From NCBI GenBank assembly GCA_964516805.1, contig CAZEXI010000003.1, positions 3,021 through 67,020 on the forward strand: a stretch of DNA of 64,000 nucleotides, in the 5' to 3' direction. The notes below the pieces were generated by a model, which ran no database searches, had not been told where the DNA came from, and saw nothing but the letters and a program-made list of their open reading frames with translations. This stretch comes from an uncultured Thermoplasmata archaeon. GTDB lineage: Archaea; Thermoplasmatota; Thermoplasmata; Halarchaeoplasmatales; Halarchaeoplasmataceae. Below, piece by piece: positions 53,419 through 63,747 of the stretch. Numbering within the stretch: the first letter of the stretch is position 1; the number at the start of each line of letters is the position of its first letter. The position numbers were made by a program, and so were the translations under genes.

Positions 53419-53688
53419 TTAGTCTATCAATGTAATATCTTGTGCTTCAACACTTTGTACGCCTTCAATATTTGAAAGACTTTCTTCTATATCGTCTACT
53501 AGACCACCAGCATCAGGTATAACTATTCTAGCTATTACTGCTTTCAATCCAAAGGCAACTTTTTCTTCGCTAGATCCCTTGTATTCTCCGTGTTCTTTTA
53601 CTATGTTTTCTATTTCGCTTTTTATCTCTTCAAGATCTTTGTTTGGATCCTCAGGCATTATCCTGTATACCAACATCACATTACCCAT
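53419..53688 (-). CDS. Translation elongation factor aEF-1beta
   Basis: 89 aa from the internal Met: MGNVMLVYRIMPEDP...FGLKAV...VQSVEAQDITLID. Confidence 0.85.
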   Translation of the reverse strand: MGNVMLVYRIMPEDPNKDLEEIKSEIENIVKEHGEYKGSSEEKVAFGLKAVIARIVIPDAGGLVDDIEESLSNIEGVQSVEAQDITLID

Positions 53689-53690
53689 GA

Positions 53691-53858
53691 TTAAGGCCCC
53701 CTGAATCCACACTCTGGACACTCGTACTCTGCTCCTTGATCCCTGCAGTTTTTACATCGACCTATCATAGTATTTCCACATTCAGGACAAGGAAATACTG
53801 TATTCTTTAAACCTACTAAAGTTATCCCGCATGAGCTACATCTATAATCTTCTTTCAT
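53691..53858 (-). CDS. Zn-ribbon protein (COG2888-like), absent from the ORF track
   Basis: Hand translation: MKEDYRCSSCG...CPECG...CKNC...CPECGFRGP (55 aa, four CxxC). Its stop is 2 nt before the aEF-1beta start. Confidence 0.75.
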   Translation of the reverse strand: MKEDYRCSSCGITLVGLKNTVFPCPECGNTMIGRCKNCRDQGAEYECPECGFRGP

Positions 53859-53977
53859 TATAATCAGGTTTTGCAGAAAGGAAACGATATTTAATATTGT
53901 CGGATGTATCTAGGTTCATCTAGTTAATTGCAACCATTCTAATATTATAAAACAAATAATTACGAAATACTTATATA

Positions 53978-53994
53978 TCTTCGAGTACTCAAGA
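53978..53994. promoter_or_regulatory. Near-perfect palindrome TCTT-C-GAGTACTC-AAGA abutting a TTATATAT box upstream of the mbh operon
   Basis: Read directly. The TATA-like octamer is at 53971-53978 and the palindrome is immediately downstream. Confidence 0.35.
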
Positions 53995-54099
53995 AAACCG
54001 TTATGTGTACGTTATTTAATTCGTTCAATGGGTGTAGCACAGTACAGCCTATTTTAAGGAACAAAAATGATTTTTACATATATGATTTAGGTGGATAAA

Positions 54100-54633
54100 A
54101 TGGATGAAAAAAAGGCATTCTTATCGACGTTCCTGCTAGCACTGTTCACATACCTTTTGCTGACTTTTGCAGCAGGTGCTGAAGCATCTTGGATACCAGT
54201 GTGGAAAGGATTATTTTGGAGTGTAGAGGAACTAGCCATAGGAATTTCCGTTTCTCTAATAATCGCTTCACTTGCTAGTCATGTGTTATGTAGAAGTAAC
54301 AACTTTAGAATGTTGAACCCAGTAAGATGGATAATTATGGTGGTATATACCATACCATTATTCATCGAAATGGCCAAAGCTAACTTAGATGTGGCCTACA
54401 GGGTTATAACAGGTAAAATAGAACCAGGGATAGTGAAAATAAAACCTGACCTGAAAACAGATCTTGGTATAACATTCCTAGCAAATTCTATCACTTTAAC
54501 TCCCGGTACTTTAACAGTTGAGGTAGACGATGAAAAAGACGATTTATACATACATTGGATAAAGGTTGGAGAAGATCCAACAGAAACGATATCCGGAAGA
54601 TTTGTTAAATGGATAAGGAGGTTTGCAGAATGA
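54100..54633 (+). CDS. mbhA: Mbh subunit A (MrpE/MnhE-like)
   Basis: ANSITLTPGTLTVEV motif. AGGTGG SD before the ATG at 54100. Confidence 0.75.
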   Translation: MDEKKAFLSTFLLALFTYLLLTFAAGAEASWIPVWKGLFWSVEELAIGISVSLIIASLASHVLCRSNNFRMLNPVRWIIMVVYTIPLFIEMAKANLDVAYRVITGKIEPGIVKIKPDLKTDLGITFLANSITLTPGTLTVEVDDEKDDLYIHWIKVGEDPTETISGRFVKWIRRFAE

Positions 54634-54899
54634 CTTTTCCTGATCCTTTATATATTGCTGTTGGGGTTTTCGCACTTTATATAATCATTTCAGCGATGAG
54701 GATATTTTTAGGTCCGACAGCTCCTGATAGAACTGTGGCCCTAGATACTTTAAATACATTAGTTGTAGCTAGTATGCTTGGATTAGGAGCTGCCACATGG
54801 GAAATACTGTTTATAGATATCGCTATAGTTTACGCAATACTTTCATTCGTTACAACATTATTCATAGCTAAATATCTTGAGGGGGTCGAAGCAAAATGA
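54630..54899 (+). CDS. mbhB: Mbh subunit B (MrpF/MnhF-like)
   Basis: GPTAPDRTVALDTLNT. AGGAGG SD. ATGA overlap with mbhA. Confidence 0.75.
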   Translation: MTFPDPLYIAVGVFALYIIISAMRIFLGPTAPDRTVALDTLNTLVVASMLGLGAATWEILFIDIAIVYAILSFVTTLFIAKYLEGVEAK

Positions 54900-55297
54900 C
54901 TAATGCATTAATATTTGTATTGATTTTGTTGATAATCTCGTTGGTTTTCAACGGGTTAGGAGTAATTGGACTACATAGATTTCCAGATGTTTATACAAGA
55001 TTACATGCAGCTACAAAATGTACTACATTCGGAACTATATTCATGAGTTTTACTGTTATAGCATACAGTTCAAGACAATATATATTAACAGAAGAAACAA
55101 AATTTTTGAACTTGGCTATACATACTGTCTTAGCTCTTGTAGCTCTTTTAGTTACAAATCCAACTGGGGCACATGCAATAGCTAGGGCAGCTCATAGGAT
55201 AGGTATCAGTCCTAAACAAGCTATAGTTGATGATCTGAAAGAATCCGATGTTGAAGATGAACTTACTAAAGCTGAAGAATATGAGGAGGTGGAGTAA
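54896..55297 (+). CDS. mbhC: Mbh subunit C (MrpG/MnhG-like)
   Basis: IGLHRFPDVYTRLHAATKCTTFG. Confidence 0.78.
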   Translation: MTNALIFVLILLIISLVFNGLGVIGLHRFPDVYTRLHAATKCTTFGTIFMSFTVIAYSSRQYILTEETKFLNLAIHTVLALVALLVTNPTGAHAIARAAHRIGISPKQAIVDDLKESDVEDELTKAEEYEEVE

Positions 55298-55552
55298 TTG
55301 ACGATATATATGGCTATCAACATACTAGTTTTGATTGGTCTTGTTATCACAGCATTAGCAGTTGTTTACTTTAAAGACTTGATATCGGCAGCGATCGCTT
55401 TGGGCGCTACTAGCTTACTGTTATCACTTGAATTTTATTTGCTCAGGGCTCCTGATGTTGCAATAGCAGAAGCAGCTATAGGCGCAGCTTTGACAACTGC
55501 AATCTATGTGTTTGCAATCAAATCTACATCTAGAAAGGAGGAATACAAATGA
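55298..55552 (+). CDS. mbhD: Mbh subunit D (DUF4040, MrpB N-terminal-like)
   Basis: LRAPDVAIAEAAIGAALTT. TTG start after GAGGAGG. Confidence 0.7.
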   Translation: MTIYMAINILVLIGLVITALAVVYFKDLISAAIALGATSLLLSLEFYLLRAPDVAIAEAAIGAALTTAIYVFAIKSTSRKEEYK

Positions 55553-55839
55553 GAAAATCAATTGCTATCTTGGCATTTGTTATAATCATTGCATTCATGG
55601 TATTAGGGGTATTGAGGATCCAAGACTTTGGGGAACCAGAAAATACCGATATGGATAAACATTTTCTTGAAACTAGTCAAGATGTAGATGAGACAAATAA
55701 TGTCGTTGCAGCAATATTGTTCGACTACAGGGGTATTGATACCCTTGGTGAAGCAACCATATTATTCTCAGCAGTTTCTGGTGTCCTTACAGTATTACGG
55801 AAGATGAAGAAAGTAAAGAAAGGGGGTGCTGAAAAGTGA
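55549..55839 (+). CDS. mbhE: Mbh subunit E
   Basis: NVVAAILFDYRGIDTLGEA. Confidence 0.7.
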   Translation: MRKSIAILAFVIIIAFMVLGVLRIQDFGEPENTDMDKHFLETSQDVDETNNVVAAILFDYRGIDTLGEATILFSAVSGVLTVLRKMKKVKKGGAEK

Positions 55840-56318
55840 ATTGGAAGATGTCTAGAGTAGTCCGCACTATAGCTGATGTTTTATTGGTCCCCATCGTAAT
55901 CTTTGGTATATATTTGATAATACATGGACATCTAACTCCTGGAGGAGGTTTCCAGGGTGGAGCAGTTGTGGCTTCATCATTAGCATTGCTGATAGCTGCT
56001 TATGGTGCCTTAGGTCATCATAAAGGGGATTTATCTTCTTTAGAATCTACAGGTCTCACTATATTCATCCTACTAGCTTTTGCAGGACTTGGAACAACAG
56101 TTTTCTATAATTTTCTCGCTGGTTCAGGTTCTATATTTGGGGGAACTGTTCCAGATATGGTATCTAATCCTGGTAAAATCAACACAGGTGGAACAGTCAC
56201 TCTTATGAACATAGCAGTTGGGATGGAAGTTACAGCAGCACTAAGTTTGATCCTATGGATGATGGCAAAGAGAAGCGGCTCAATCGATATTGAAGAAAAT
56301 AAAGAGGTGAAAAAATGA
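55836..56318 (+). CDS. mbhF: Mbh subunit F (MrpB/MnhB-like)
   Basis: HGHLTPGGGFQGGAV. Confidence 0.75.
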   Translation: MNWKMSRVVRTIADVLLVPIVIFGIYLIIHGHLTPGGGFQGGAVVASSLALLIAAYGALGHHKGDLSSLESTGLTIFILLAFAGLGTTVFYNFLAGSGSIFGGTVPDMVSNPGKINTGGTVTLMNIAVGMEVTAALSLILWMMAKRSGSIDIEENKEVKK

Positions 56319-56668
56319 TTTACAACATTCCTTACATCGCAGTAGTTGCTTTGATTGGTATCGGATTGTATACAGTATTATTCAAAAAGAATCTTATCAA
56401 AATGATAATGGGCATTACACTTATGGAAAATGGAGCAAATCTTTTCCTGATCACTATAGCATATAAAAAAGATGGTTTCGCTCCTATCTGGACAAGTACA
56501 GAAGCAGAAAGTGCTTCTGAAATGGTATTACCGACTGCACATGCATTAACACTTACTAGCATTGTAATCGGTTTAGCTACAACAGCTTTGATGCTGTCAT
56601 TCGTCATGATGATATATAAGCATTATAAAACCATAAATTCAACTGAAGTCAGGAGGTGTAGAGAATGA
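56315..56668 (+). CDS. mbhG: Mbh subunit G (MrpC/NuoK-like)
   Basis: 117 aa, 3 TM segments, MENGANLFLI. Confidence 0.72.
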   Translation: MIYNIPYIAVVALIGIGLYTVLFKKNLIKMIMGITLMENGANLFLITIAYKKDGFAPIWTSTEAESASEMVLPTAHALTLTSIVIGLATTALMLSFVMMIYKHYKTINSTEVRRCRE

Positions 56669-58206
56669 ATTTAGAGAGTTTTCTAGTTCACACACCTTCC
56701 CTAGTACTTGGGATTCCTCTATTGTTCGCATTCCTAACACCTGTGATGAATAAATTGTCAAAGAAGCTGAGAAATGCTTGGTTCACATTAGGACTTATTC
56801 TAACCGTTGTTTTTGTAGGTATTTTTGCTTACAGAGTATTGACGGATGGTAGCTGGTTCTATGTATATGGGGCTGAAAATCCTAAACCTACAGATTCTAT
56901 AATATCTTATTTCCGGATTACATTCGTAGCTGATGCATATTCAGTCCTAGCAACTATAACAATTTCTTTGACTGCTCTAGCTGCAGGCATATATTCCTTT
57001 GGATTTATGAAGGGTCACAATGGATTAGGAAAATTCTATACCTTGTTCTTGCTAACCCTTGCAGGAGTAAATGGTATGGTACTAACTGGTGACCTATTCA
57101 ACCTATTCGTTTGGTTTGAAGTCACTTCAGTTGCATCTTGTGCTCTTGTTGCTTTCTATAACTATAAAGGTAAAAGCATAGAGGCTGCTTTAAAATACAT
57201 GATACTCAGTACAGTGGGTGGATTGATCGTACTATTCTCAATTGGATTATTATACGGTCAACACAGAGTTCTCAATTACGTATTACTTTCTGAACAGATC
57301 AGCGGTGTATTTGTAGACAAACTCGCTCTTGGCCTGTTGTTGGTAATATTCGCAATGAAGTCAAGCAGCGTACCTATGCATATGTGGGCACCAGATGCAT
57401 ATTCTGAAGCTCCCGGTTCAGTTACTCCTTTCATAGCCATAACAAGTATGGGTTCGTTATTCGTGTTATTCAGGCTGTTATTTGATGTATTTGCCCTCAA
57501 TTTGGACCCATCTATTGCTGGTAATATAATTATAATACTAGGTGTACTTTCGATGTTTGTCGGTGTCACCATGGCATTGGTCCAGAGTGACATAAAACGA
57601 TTGATAGCTTACTTATCAGTTTCACAGGTAGGATACATGCTTATGGCAGTTGGGGTAGGTCTATCAACCTGGTCAGCCTCAGGTTTCTCATCAGAATATG
57701 GCTATATGGCCATGCAGGGTGGGTTGTTCCACATGCTGAATGATGGTGTGTATAAAGCATTGTTATTTTTATCAGCTGTGGCAGTTATCCATGCTACTGG
57801 TAAGAGGGACCTGAATAAACTTGGCGGTCTAGCTCATAGGATGCCTTATACGACTATATTCTTCCTTTTGGGAGGATTGTTTATAGCAGGCATTCCACCT
57901 TTATCTGGTTTCAGTTCTAAATTGCTAATTTATGAATCTGTGTACAAGTTCAATCCAGTACTAGCAATAATAGCACTTGTTGTAAGTATCATAACTTTCG
58001 CAATTATTGGTAAAGCGTTCTTCAATGCATTCTTAGGGCCCGATCAAGGAATGACAAAAGGTGAAGTGCCTAAGAGCATGTTGTTCTCAATGGGCATTCT
58101 AGTTGCAATCCTAGTAATATTCACATTGTTCCCTAACTATATCGTTACAGAAATTGTAGAACCTGCAATCGGTGCTTTGACTAGCTTTGCAGGGGTGATA
58201 ATGTGA
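56665..58206 (+). CDS. mbhH: Mbh subunit H (MrpD/NuoL-M-N-like antiporter subunit)
   Basis: 513 aa, about 14 TM segments, SSVPMHMWAPDAYSEAP motif. Confidence 0.85.
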   Translation: MNLESFLVHTPSLVLGIPLLFAFLTPVMNKLSKKLRNAWFTLGLILTVVFVGIFAYRVLTDGSWFYVYGAENPKPTDSIISYFRITFVADAYSVLATITISLTALAAGIYSFGFMKGHNGLGKFYTLFLLTLAGVNGMVLTGDLFNLFVWFEVTSVASCALVAFYNYKGKSIEAALKYMILSTVGGLIVLFSIGLLYGQHRVLNYVLLSEQISGVFVDKLALGLLLVIFAMKSSSVPMHMWAPDAYSEAPGSVTPFIAITSMGSLFVLFRLLFDVFALNLDPSIAGNIIIILGVLSMFVGVTMALVQSDIKRLIAYLSVSQVGYMLMAVGVGLSTWSASGFSSEYGYMAMQGGLFHMLNDGVYKALLFLSAVAVIHATGKRDLNKLGGLAHRMPYTTIFFLLGGLFIAGIPPLSGFSSKLLIYESVYKFNPVLAIIALVVSIITFAIIGKAFFNAFLGPDQGMTKGEVPKSMLFSMGILVAILVIFTLFPNYIVTEIVEPAIGALTSFAGVIM

Positions 58207-58541
58207 TTGAAATTCTACTGGAGGACTTCTGGAGTCCAATAGTGATGATATTGGTCATCCTGTTGACAACCCTTGTTACTTATCTAATTTACAGGATGGG
58301 AAATTCATCCTATAATAAAACTAAACATAAAGGAGAACCCTTTATATCAGGTAACAAACCACCAACAGATGTCAGTAAGATCCATGTTGGCGGGGATAAC
58401 CTTTTCTGGGGTTTCACAAATGCCCTTAAAAATTACTTTGAACCATTGGTTAAAGGGCATACAGGTATAGTTAACGATTATCTTTACTGGGTGGTATGTA
58501 CATTAGCAGTCATTCTGGTGTACATATACCTGGTCTTATAA
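58203..58541 (+). CDS. mbhI: Mbh subunit I
   Basis: Position and size match mbhI. Two TM segments. Confidence 0.6.
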   Translation: MIEILLEDFWSPIVMILVILLTTLVTYLIYRMGNSSYNKTKHKGEPFISGNKPPTDVSKIHVGGDNLFWGFTNALKNYFEPLVKGHTGIVNDYLYWVVCTLAVILVYIYLVL

Positions 58542-58561
58542 AATTAAAGAGGTAGTAAAAT

Positions 58562-59005
58562 ATGAAACTATCAAAAACTTTCGATAAGGCTTTGTGGGTC
58601 TTCCACTTAAACAGCGGTTCGTGTAATGGATGCGATATAGAGATAGTTGCAGCCATTACACCCCGGTATGATACGGAAAGATTTGGAATAAAATTAGTAG
58701 GTTCACCGAGACATGCAGATGTATTATTATTCACCGGTCCAGTGACAAAGAAGATGAAGGATAGAGTTCTGAGAGTCTATGAGCAGACTCCTGATCCTAA
58801 GGTAGTAATCATTGTTGGAAATTGTGGTTCTACTACAGGTGTATTCTATGATAGTTACGCAATAGAAGGACCTATAGATAACCTACTACCAGATGATGCT
58901 CATATAATCTATGTGAACGGTTGTCCAGCAAGACCAGAAAACATAATAAACGGTGTAAAAGAAGCTTGGTTGTATCTAGAAAAATTAAGGGGGGATAACG
59001 AATGA
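58562..59005 (+). CDS. mbhJ: Mbh subunit J ([NiFe] hydrogenase small subunit, NuoB-like)
   Basis: GSCNGCDIE...GNCGSTTG...GCPARP cysteines for the proximal [4Fe-4S] cluster. Confidence 0.88.
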   Translation: MKLSKTFDKALWVFHLNSGSCNGCDIEIVAAITPRYDTERFGIKLVGSPRHADVLLFTGPVTKKMKDRVLRVYEQTPDPKVVIIVGNCGSTTGVFYDSYAIEGPIDNLLPDDAHIIYVNGCPARPENIINGVKEAWLYLEKLRGDNE

Positions 59006-59604
59006 GTGAAATAGATTTACCAATGCAGATGGATGAATTGGAAGAGTTTTTCAATAAAAAATTAGGAGAGTATGTATCTGATATTAAGAAAGAACAATTT
59101 AAGAAAGGTTTGAATGAGACTTCTATGAAGGTGTTATGGCTAACAGTAGATAGAGAGAAGTTTAGAGATGCTGTAAAAGCTGTTTCTGAGATCCAGGTAC
59201 CTCACTTATCTGTAACATCAGGTTCAGATAAAGGGGATATTGTGGAGCTAATATATCATTTCCATGTGAACTACGGATATCCAAAAGAAGAAACAAGTAT
59301 CAACATGAAAGTACATCTTCCAAAAGATGATTTAAAGATACCAACTATCACAGACATGGTACCCGGTGCTATAACAACTGAAAGAGAGAAACAGGAATTT
59401 TTGGGTGTAGATGTTGTTGATATCCCAGATTCTCGCAGATTATGGTTAGATGAAAATTATCCAGAAGATAAATATCCTTGGAGATGGGATGATAAAGGTA
59501 TGGAAGAAATGTCACACCATGTTCATGACGAAGATGAAAATACTTTAGAGAAGACAGTCAAAGAAAAAGCTGAGGAAAGAAAGGGAGGTGATTCTGATGA
59601 GTGA
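59002..59604 (+). CDS. mbhK: Mbh subunit K (NuoC-like)
   Basis: Position, and the EREKQEFLGV..........RLWL pattern. Confidence 0.75.
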   Translation: MSEIDLPMQMDELEEFFNKKLGEYVSDIKKEQFKKGLNETSMKVLWLTVDREKFRDAVKAVSEIQVPHLSVTSGSDKGDIVELIYHFHVNYGYPKEETSINMKVHLPKDDLKIPTITDMVPGAITTEREKQEFLGVDVVDIPDSRRLWLDENYPEDKYPWRWDDKGMEEMSHHVHDEDENTLEKTVKEKAEERKGGDSDE

Positions 59605-60841
59605 GAAGGAAGATAATACATACGAAGTACCAATAGGTCCAGTACATCCAGCACTTAAGGAACCGTTTATGATAGAATTCAAGTTAGATGGAGAAGAGAT
59701 CATAGATGCTGATCCAAAACCAGGCATGAATCACAGAGGTATAGAGTTCATGGGTATGCACAGAAATCCTGTAAAAGTTATACCTTTAGCTGAAAGGATA
59801 TGCGGTATATGTTCAATCGTGCATCAGCATATGTACACCACAGCAGGTGAGCATGCAGCAGGGATCGTTCCAACAGAGAGATCCAGATATATAAGAACCA
59901 TAATGATGGAATTAGAAAGAATACACTCTCATGTACTATGGGCAGGTGTTGCAGCTCACGAGATCGGTTTTGATACACATCTTCATTTTACCTGGAAGAT
60001 AAGGGAAAAGGTAATGGATCTTCTGGAAATAATCTCAGGAAATAGAGTTAATTATTCAATGTGGACATTCGGTGGAGTCAGAAGAGACATCACGGAAGAT
60101 ATGCTTCCAAAAGCGTATGAAACCTTCGAGTATTATGAAGAATTATATGATAAATTAGAGGATATATTTTTAGGTGATCCAAGTATAAGACATAGGACAA
60201 AAGATATCGGTATATTGACTCATCAAGATGCTTTAGAACTATGTGGCGTTGGGCCGACGATCAGAGCATCTGGTGTTAAGAAAGATGTTAGGATAGATCA
60301 ACCTTACGCTGCTTATGGGGATCTTGACATAGATTACGTAGTTCCTTCAAGGTATGGATACGAGGACACAGGAGATGTTTTCTGTAAGACTTTAGTTAGG
60401 ATAAAAGAGGTTGAACAATCAGTAGATATAATGAGACAATGTTTGGACAAGATGCCAGAAGGTGACATAGATAGCGAATCAAATAAAGCTGCATTATTGA
60501 ATAAACTCAAAAAAGCAGATGGAGAAGGTATAGGTAGAATTGAAGCACCTCGTGGAGAAGCTATGCATTATGTCAGGTTCAAAGAAGGTAAAGAAGATAT
60601 AGACTGCTGGAAAGTAAGAGCCTCTACTTACAATAACTTGGCTACTTACAAGCCTATGTTCCTAGGTGAACAGATAGCTGATATACCTATAATAGCAGCA
60701 AGTATCGATCCATGTATTGGATGTATGGATAGAGCAGAAATAGTAAATGTTAATACAGGAAATAAACAAGTCTATGATAGTGAGGAACTCCATGAGTTAT
60801 CAGTTCAAAAAACTGAAGATATGCTTGGAGGGATAGAATGA
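59597..60841 (+). CDS. mbhL: Mbh subunit L ([NiFe] hydrogenase large subunit, NuoD-like)
   Basis: N-terminal RICGICSIVH and C-terminal DPCIGCMDR Ni-Fe ligand pairs are both intact. A 35-aa tail follows the Arg. Confidence 0.9.
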   Translation: MSEKEDNTYEVPIGPVHPALKEPFMIEFKLDGEEIIDADPKPGMNHRGIEFMGMHRNPVKVIPLAERICGICSIVHQHMYTTAGEHAAGIVPTERSRYIRTIMMELERIHSHVLWAGVAAHEIGFDTHLHFTWKIREKVMDLLEIISGNRVNYSMWTFGGVRRDITEDMLPKAYETFEYYEELYDKLEDIFLGDPSIRHRTKDIGILTHQDALELCGVGPTIRASGVKKDVRIDQPYAAYGDLDIDYVVPSRYGYEDTGDVFCKTLVRIKEVEQSVDIMRQCLDKMPEGDIDSESNKAALLNKLKKADGEGIGRIEAPRGEAMHYVRFKEGKEDIDCWKVRASTYNNLATYKPMFLGEQIADIPIIAASIDPCIGCMDRAEIVNVNTGNKQVYDSEELHELSVQKTEDMLGGIE

Positions 60842-61854
60842 GTCCTGAAACATGGGGACTTAAAATCTTATTGACACTTCTGGTTTCATTTATCGGTGTG
60901 TTCTTAGGATTGTTGTACAAAGGCTTCGATAGAAAAATAACAGCTATGATGCAGTCCAGGATCGGACCACCATGGAGACAGCCATTCAGAGATGTAAAGA
61001 AATTATTCATGAAAGAAACTATAATACCTGATACAGCTGTACCTTGGTTATTTAATTTAGCACCTTTAGTAGCTTTGATAACTCCTTTGATAGCTCTAGC
61101 TTACCTACCTTTAGGGCCTTTTGCCCCCATATTTGAAGGATATGGCGACCTTATCCTGATCCTCTATTTATTAGCTATTCCTGCAGTCGCGATGGCTATA
61201 GGAGGATTAGCAAGTGGTTCTCCTTATGCAACAGTAGGTGCCCAGCGTGAGCTCGTTTTGATGATGAGCTATGAATTCCCATTGGCTATAGCAGCCGTTA
61301 CATTAGCCTGGAAGATGGATACATTTTCTTTGGCAGTGATATGGAACAATCCTATATGGGGCGAAGTCGGAACTCTTGGCACAGTTGGTTTTGGTTTGAT
61401 ATTGGCAGCACTCTTCGCGGTATTACCCGGTGAGCTATCTCAAGTTCCATTCGATCAAGCTGAAGCTGAGACAGAGTTAGCCGGTGGTCTATTTGTTGAA
61501 TATTCTGGAAGAAATCTAGGAATCTTCTACATCGCAGAAACAGTCAAGATGATAGTTGTTGGTTCACTCATGATAGCTTTATTCTTCCCGTATCATTTAT
61601 CCGATATAATATCACCATGGATAACTCTCGGAGGTCCAGAAGTACCTATGATGAGTATGGGATTGTGGGCATTAACAGCAGATGTCTTATTCTTCCTGTT
61701 CAAATTATTGATAATAATTTATGTGGCGGTATCCGTTATCAGAGTAGCTTTCGCTAGGTTCAGAATAGATAAAGCAAGTTACTTCTACTGGGTACCGATG
61801 ACCGTGATAGGACTGCTTGGAACATTACTGGTAGTCCTAGGAGGCTCAATCTGA
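60838..61854 (+). CDS. mbhM: Mbh subunit M (NuoH-like membrane subunit)
   Basis: MQSRIGPPWRQPFRDVKKL and AEAETELAGG motifs. Confidence 0.85.
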   Translation: MSPETWGLKILLTLLVSFIGVFLGLLYKGFDRKITAMMQSRIGPPWRQPFRDVKKLFMKETIIPDTAVPWLFNLAPLVALITPLIALAYLPLGPFAPIFEGYGDLILILYLLAIPAVAMAIGGLASGSPYATVGAQRELVLMMSYEFPLAIAAVTLAWKMDTFSLAVIWNNPIWGEVGTLGTVGFGLILAALFAVLPGELSQVPFDQAEAETELAGGLFVEYSGRNLGIFYIAETVKMIVVGSLMIALFFPYHLSDIISPWITLGGPEVPMMSMGLWALTADVLFFLFKLLIIIYVAVSVIRVAFARFRIDKASYFYWVPMTVIGLLGTLLVVLGGSI

Positions 61855-61865
61855 GGTGATAAAAA

Positions 61866-62270
61866 ATGCCGACATCAACAATATACACTCTGATAAAGCA
61901 GCTTTTTACTAAAAAAGCAACAAATCCATTCCCTGTAAAATATGCACCTAAAAACATGCATGACGCAGCAGAGCTTATAGAAGAGGGTAAATTAGATATT
62001 AATCCTCCTATTTATGTCCCTGAAAAGTTGAGAGGTAAGCTGAAATATGATAAAGAAGCATGTATAGGTTGTAAATTATGTGTCCAAGTATGTCCCTCAG
62101 AAGCTCTTATCTTCAAAGATGATGAGAAAAAAGTAAAACATTATGTGTCTAGGTGTACGTTCTGTGGACAATGTGCGGATATATGTCCAAAAGACTGTTT
62201 CGAGCTTTCGGATGAATTTTTGATAGCAGGGACCGATAAAAACGCTGAGGATATGGTATTGAACCCATAA
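61866..62270 (+). CDS. mbhN: Mbh subunit N (2x[4Fe-4S], NuoI-like)
   Basis: CIGCKLCVQVCP and CTFCGQCADICP. Confidence 0.85.
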   Translation: MPTSTIYTLIKQLFTKKATNPFPVKYAPKNMHDAAELIEEGKLDINPPIYVPEKLRGKLKYDKEACIGCKLCVQVCPSEALIFKDDEKKVKHYVSRCTFCGQCADICPKDCFELSDEFLIAGTDKNAEDMVLNP

Positions 62271-62280
62271 ACCCTTTTTT

Positions 62281-62739
62281 CTAATTTTTGTTCTTTTCTA
62301 ATTTCTGTATATTTCTCCATTCACCTGAGTTCAGTAAATTCAAGATCTTATCTTTAGCTTCATGTAATTCGGTAGTCATACCTTCTTTAAGTCTCATATC
62401 TTTTGGCTGAATTCCGATCAAATATACCTCTTTTACTCTCTCTTCAAGATAATCTATAACTAGAGATAAAGGAAGGGCATGAGTACTCATAGTGAAAACA
62501 TTCAATGATTCTCTGCTTACGATCCTTATTTCTCCAGGTTCGAGTTCCATATTGGCTGCATCCACTATAACTACAGTATCATACTCTTTCTCTTCAACCA
62601 TAATTATATGATTTTCTGGAACAGAACCACAGTCAACAGTTTTCCATCCATCATTATCAAATTCTCGAGCTACTAGCTCTCCTACTGCGTCATCCCCTCT
62701 AATATCGTTGCCAACGCCCATTAACAGTTTTCTCTTCAT
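62281..62739 (-). CDS. hycI: Hydrogenase maturation endopeptidase (HycI-type)
   Basis: LLMGVGNDIRGDDAVG N-terminal motif and a later IGIQP. 152 aa. Confidence 0.85.
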   Translation of the reverse strand: MKRKLLMGVGNDIRGDDAVGELVAREFDNDGWKTVDCGSVPENHIIMVEEKEYDTVVIVDAANMELEPGEIRIVSRESLNVFTMSTHALPLSLVIDYLEERVKEVYLIGIQPKDMRLKEGMTTELHEAKDKILNLLNSGEWRNIQKLEKNKN

Positions 62740-62822
62740 TGTGTTTTTTGAGTATGTTGGTGTATAAAGGTTTTACTTATTTTAGGGAAAATTATTTTAG
62801 AAGTAGATGCATACTAATCCAA

Positions 62823-63734
62823 ATGGACAGGCAACTAGAGAAAGCCAAAAAAATCCTTGAATTTGCTCCTGATGAAGAAGTGGACGAATATGCATTAAAC
62901 CAGCTTGAAAAGCGAATATATCAATGGAGAAATGAAGAGATCGACTATCTATCTAGTCTGGAATACTTTATAAATGGTAAAGAGTACAAATCTTTTTTAG
63001 AATCAGTTTACGATGTTGATGATTATCAAAAAATGAAGGTGAAATTTTTAAAGCCAAATCTAGATGGTAAATGGAACTTTTCAAGACCTACCAAAGAATT
63101 AAAAGAAAAGGATGGGAAGGGTATCTGTACCTCATTTGATTATGATCCTACTTCCTTGGACAAATGGGCTAAAGCATCTAAATCACATCATGATAAAGTC
63201 ATGGTCAGAGCATTTATAACAAAATTCTTCGTACCTATATCTATAAAAACTAAATCTAAATATCATCATGCTGAAGAGATACCCCGTCAATATGAACCTA
63301 AATTGAGCAAAATGAAAAATCTATGGACTGATATGAGAAAAGGTGTACTACCTCTCGAGATACGTTTTTCACTTTATACAAAAAATGATAGATATACACT
63401 GATAATGGATCCATTTGAGGATAAACTTAAACCGCATCCTTTGAGTGATATAACACTCATACAAAACGTTGATCGAAATTCGATAGAGTATCTAAATTTT
63501 GATAAGCTCCTTGCAAATATAGATCTGCCTCCATTGATGAAAAATATACTTGAATTGCTTTTTGAAGCAGATGAGATGAGATTATTTGATATCGCACATT
63601 CATTTAATATGGATAGAAATGTAGCAGAGAACAATCTAAAAAGTCTGGAGAGTAGAGGTTTAGTAGAAAAAAGTAAAAGGGTTCATTACAGTATAAATAT
63701 GGATAAAATATTTGAAAAGGCTGAGAAGATTTAA
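62823..63734 (+). CDS. Hypothetical protein with C-terminal winged-HTH domain
   Basis: C-terminus LFDIAHSFNMDRNVAENNLKSLESRGLVEKSKR is wHTH-like. The N-terminal ~230 aa has no recognised motifs. Start moved to MDRQLEKAKK. Confidence 0.5.
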   Translation: MDRQLEKAKKILEFAPDEEVDEYALNQLEKRIYQWRNEEIDYLSSLEYFINGKEYKSFLESVYDVDDYQKMKVKFLKPNLDGKWNFSRPTKELKEKDGKGICTSFDYDPTSLDKWAKASKSHHDKVMVRAFITKFFVPISIKTKSKYHHAEEIPRQYEPKLSKMKNLWTDMRKGVLPLEIRFSLYTKNDRYTLIMDPFEDKLKPHPLSDITLIQNVDRNSIEYLNFDKLLANIDLPPLMKNILELLFEADEMRLFDIAHSFNMDRNVAENNLKSLESRGLVEKSKRVHYSINMDKIFEKAEKI

Positions 63735-63747
63735 TTTTTTAACTTCA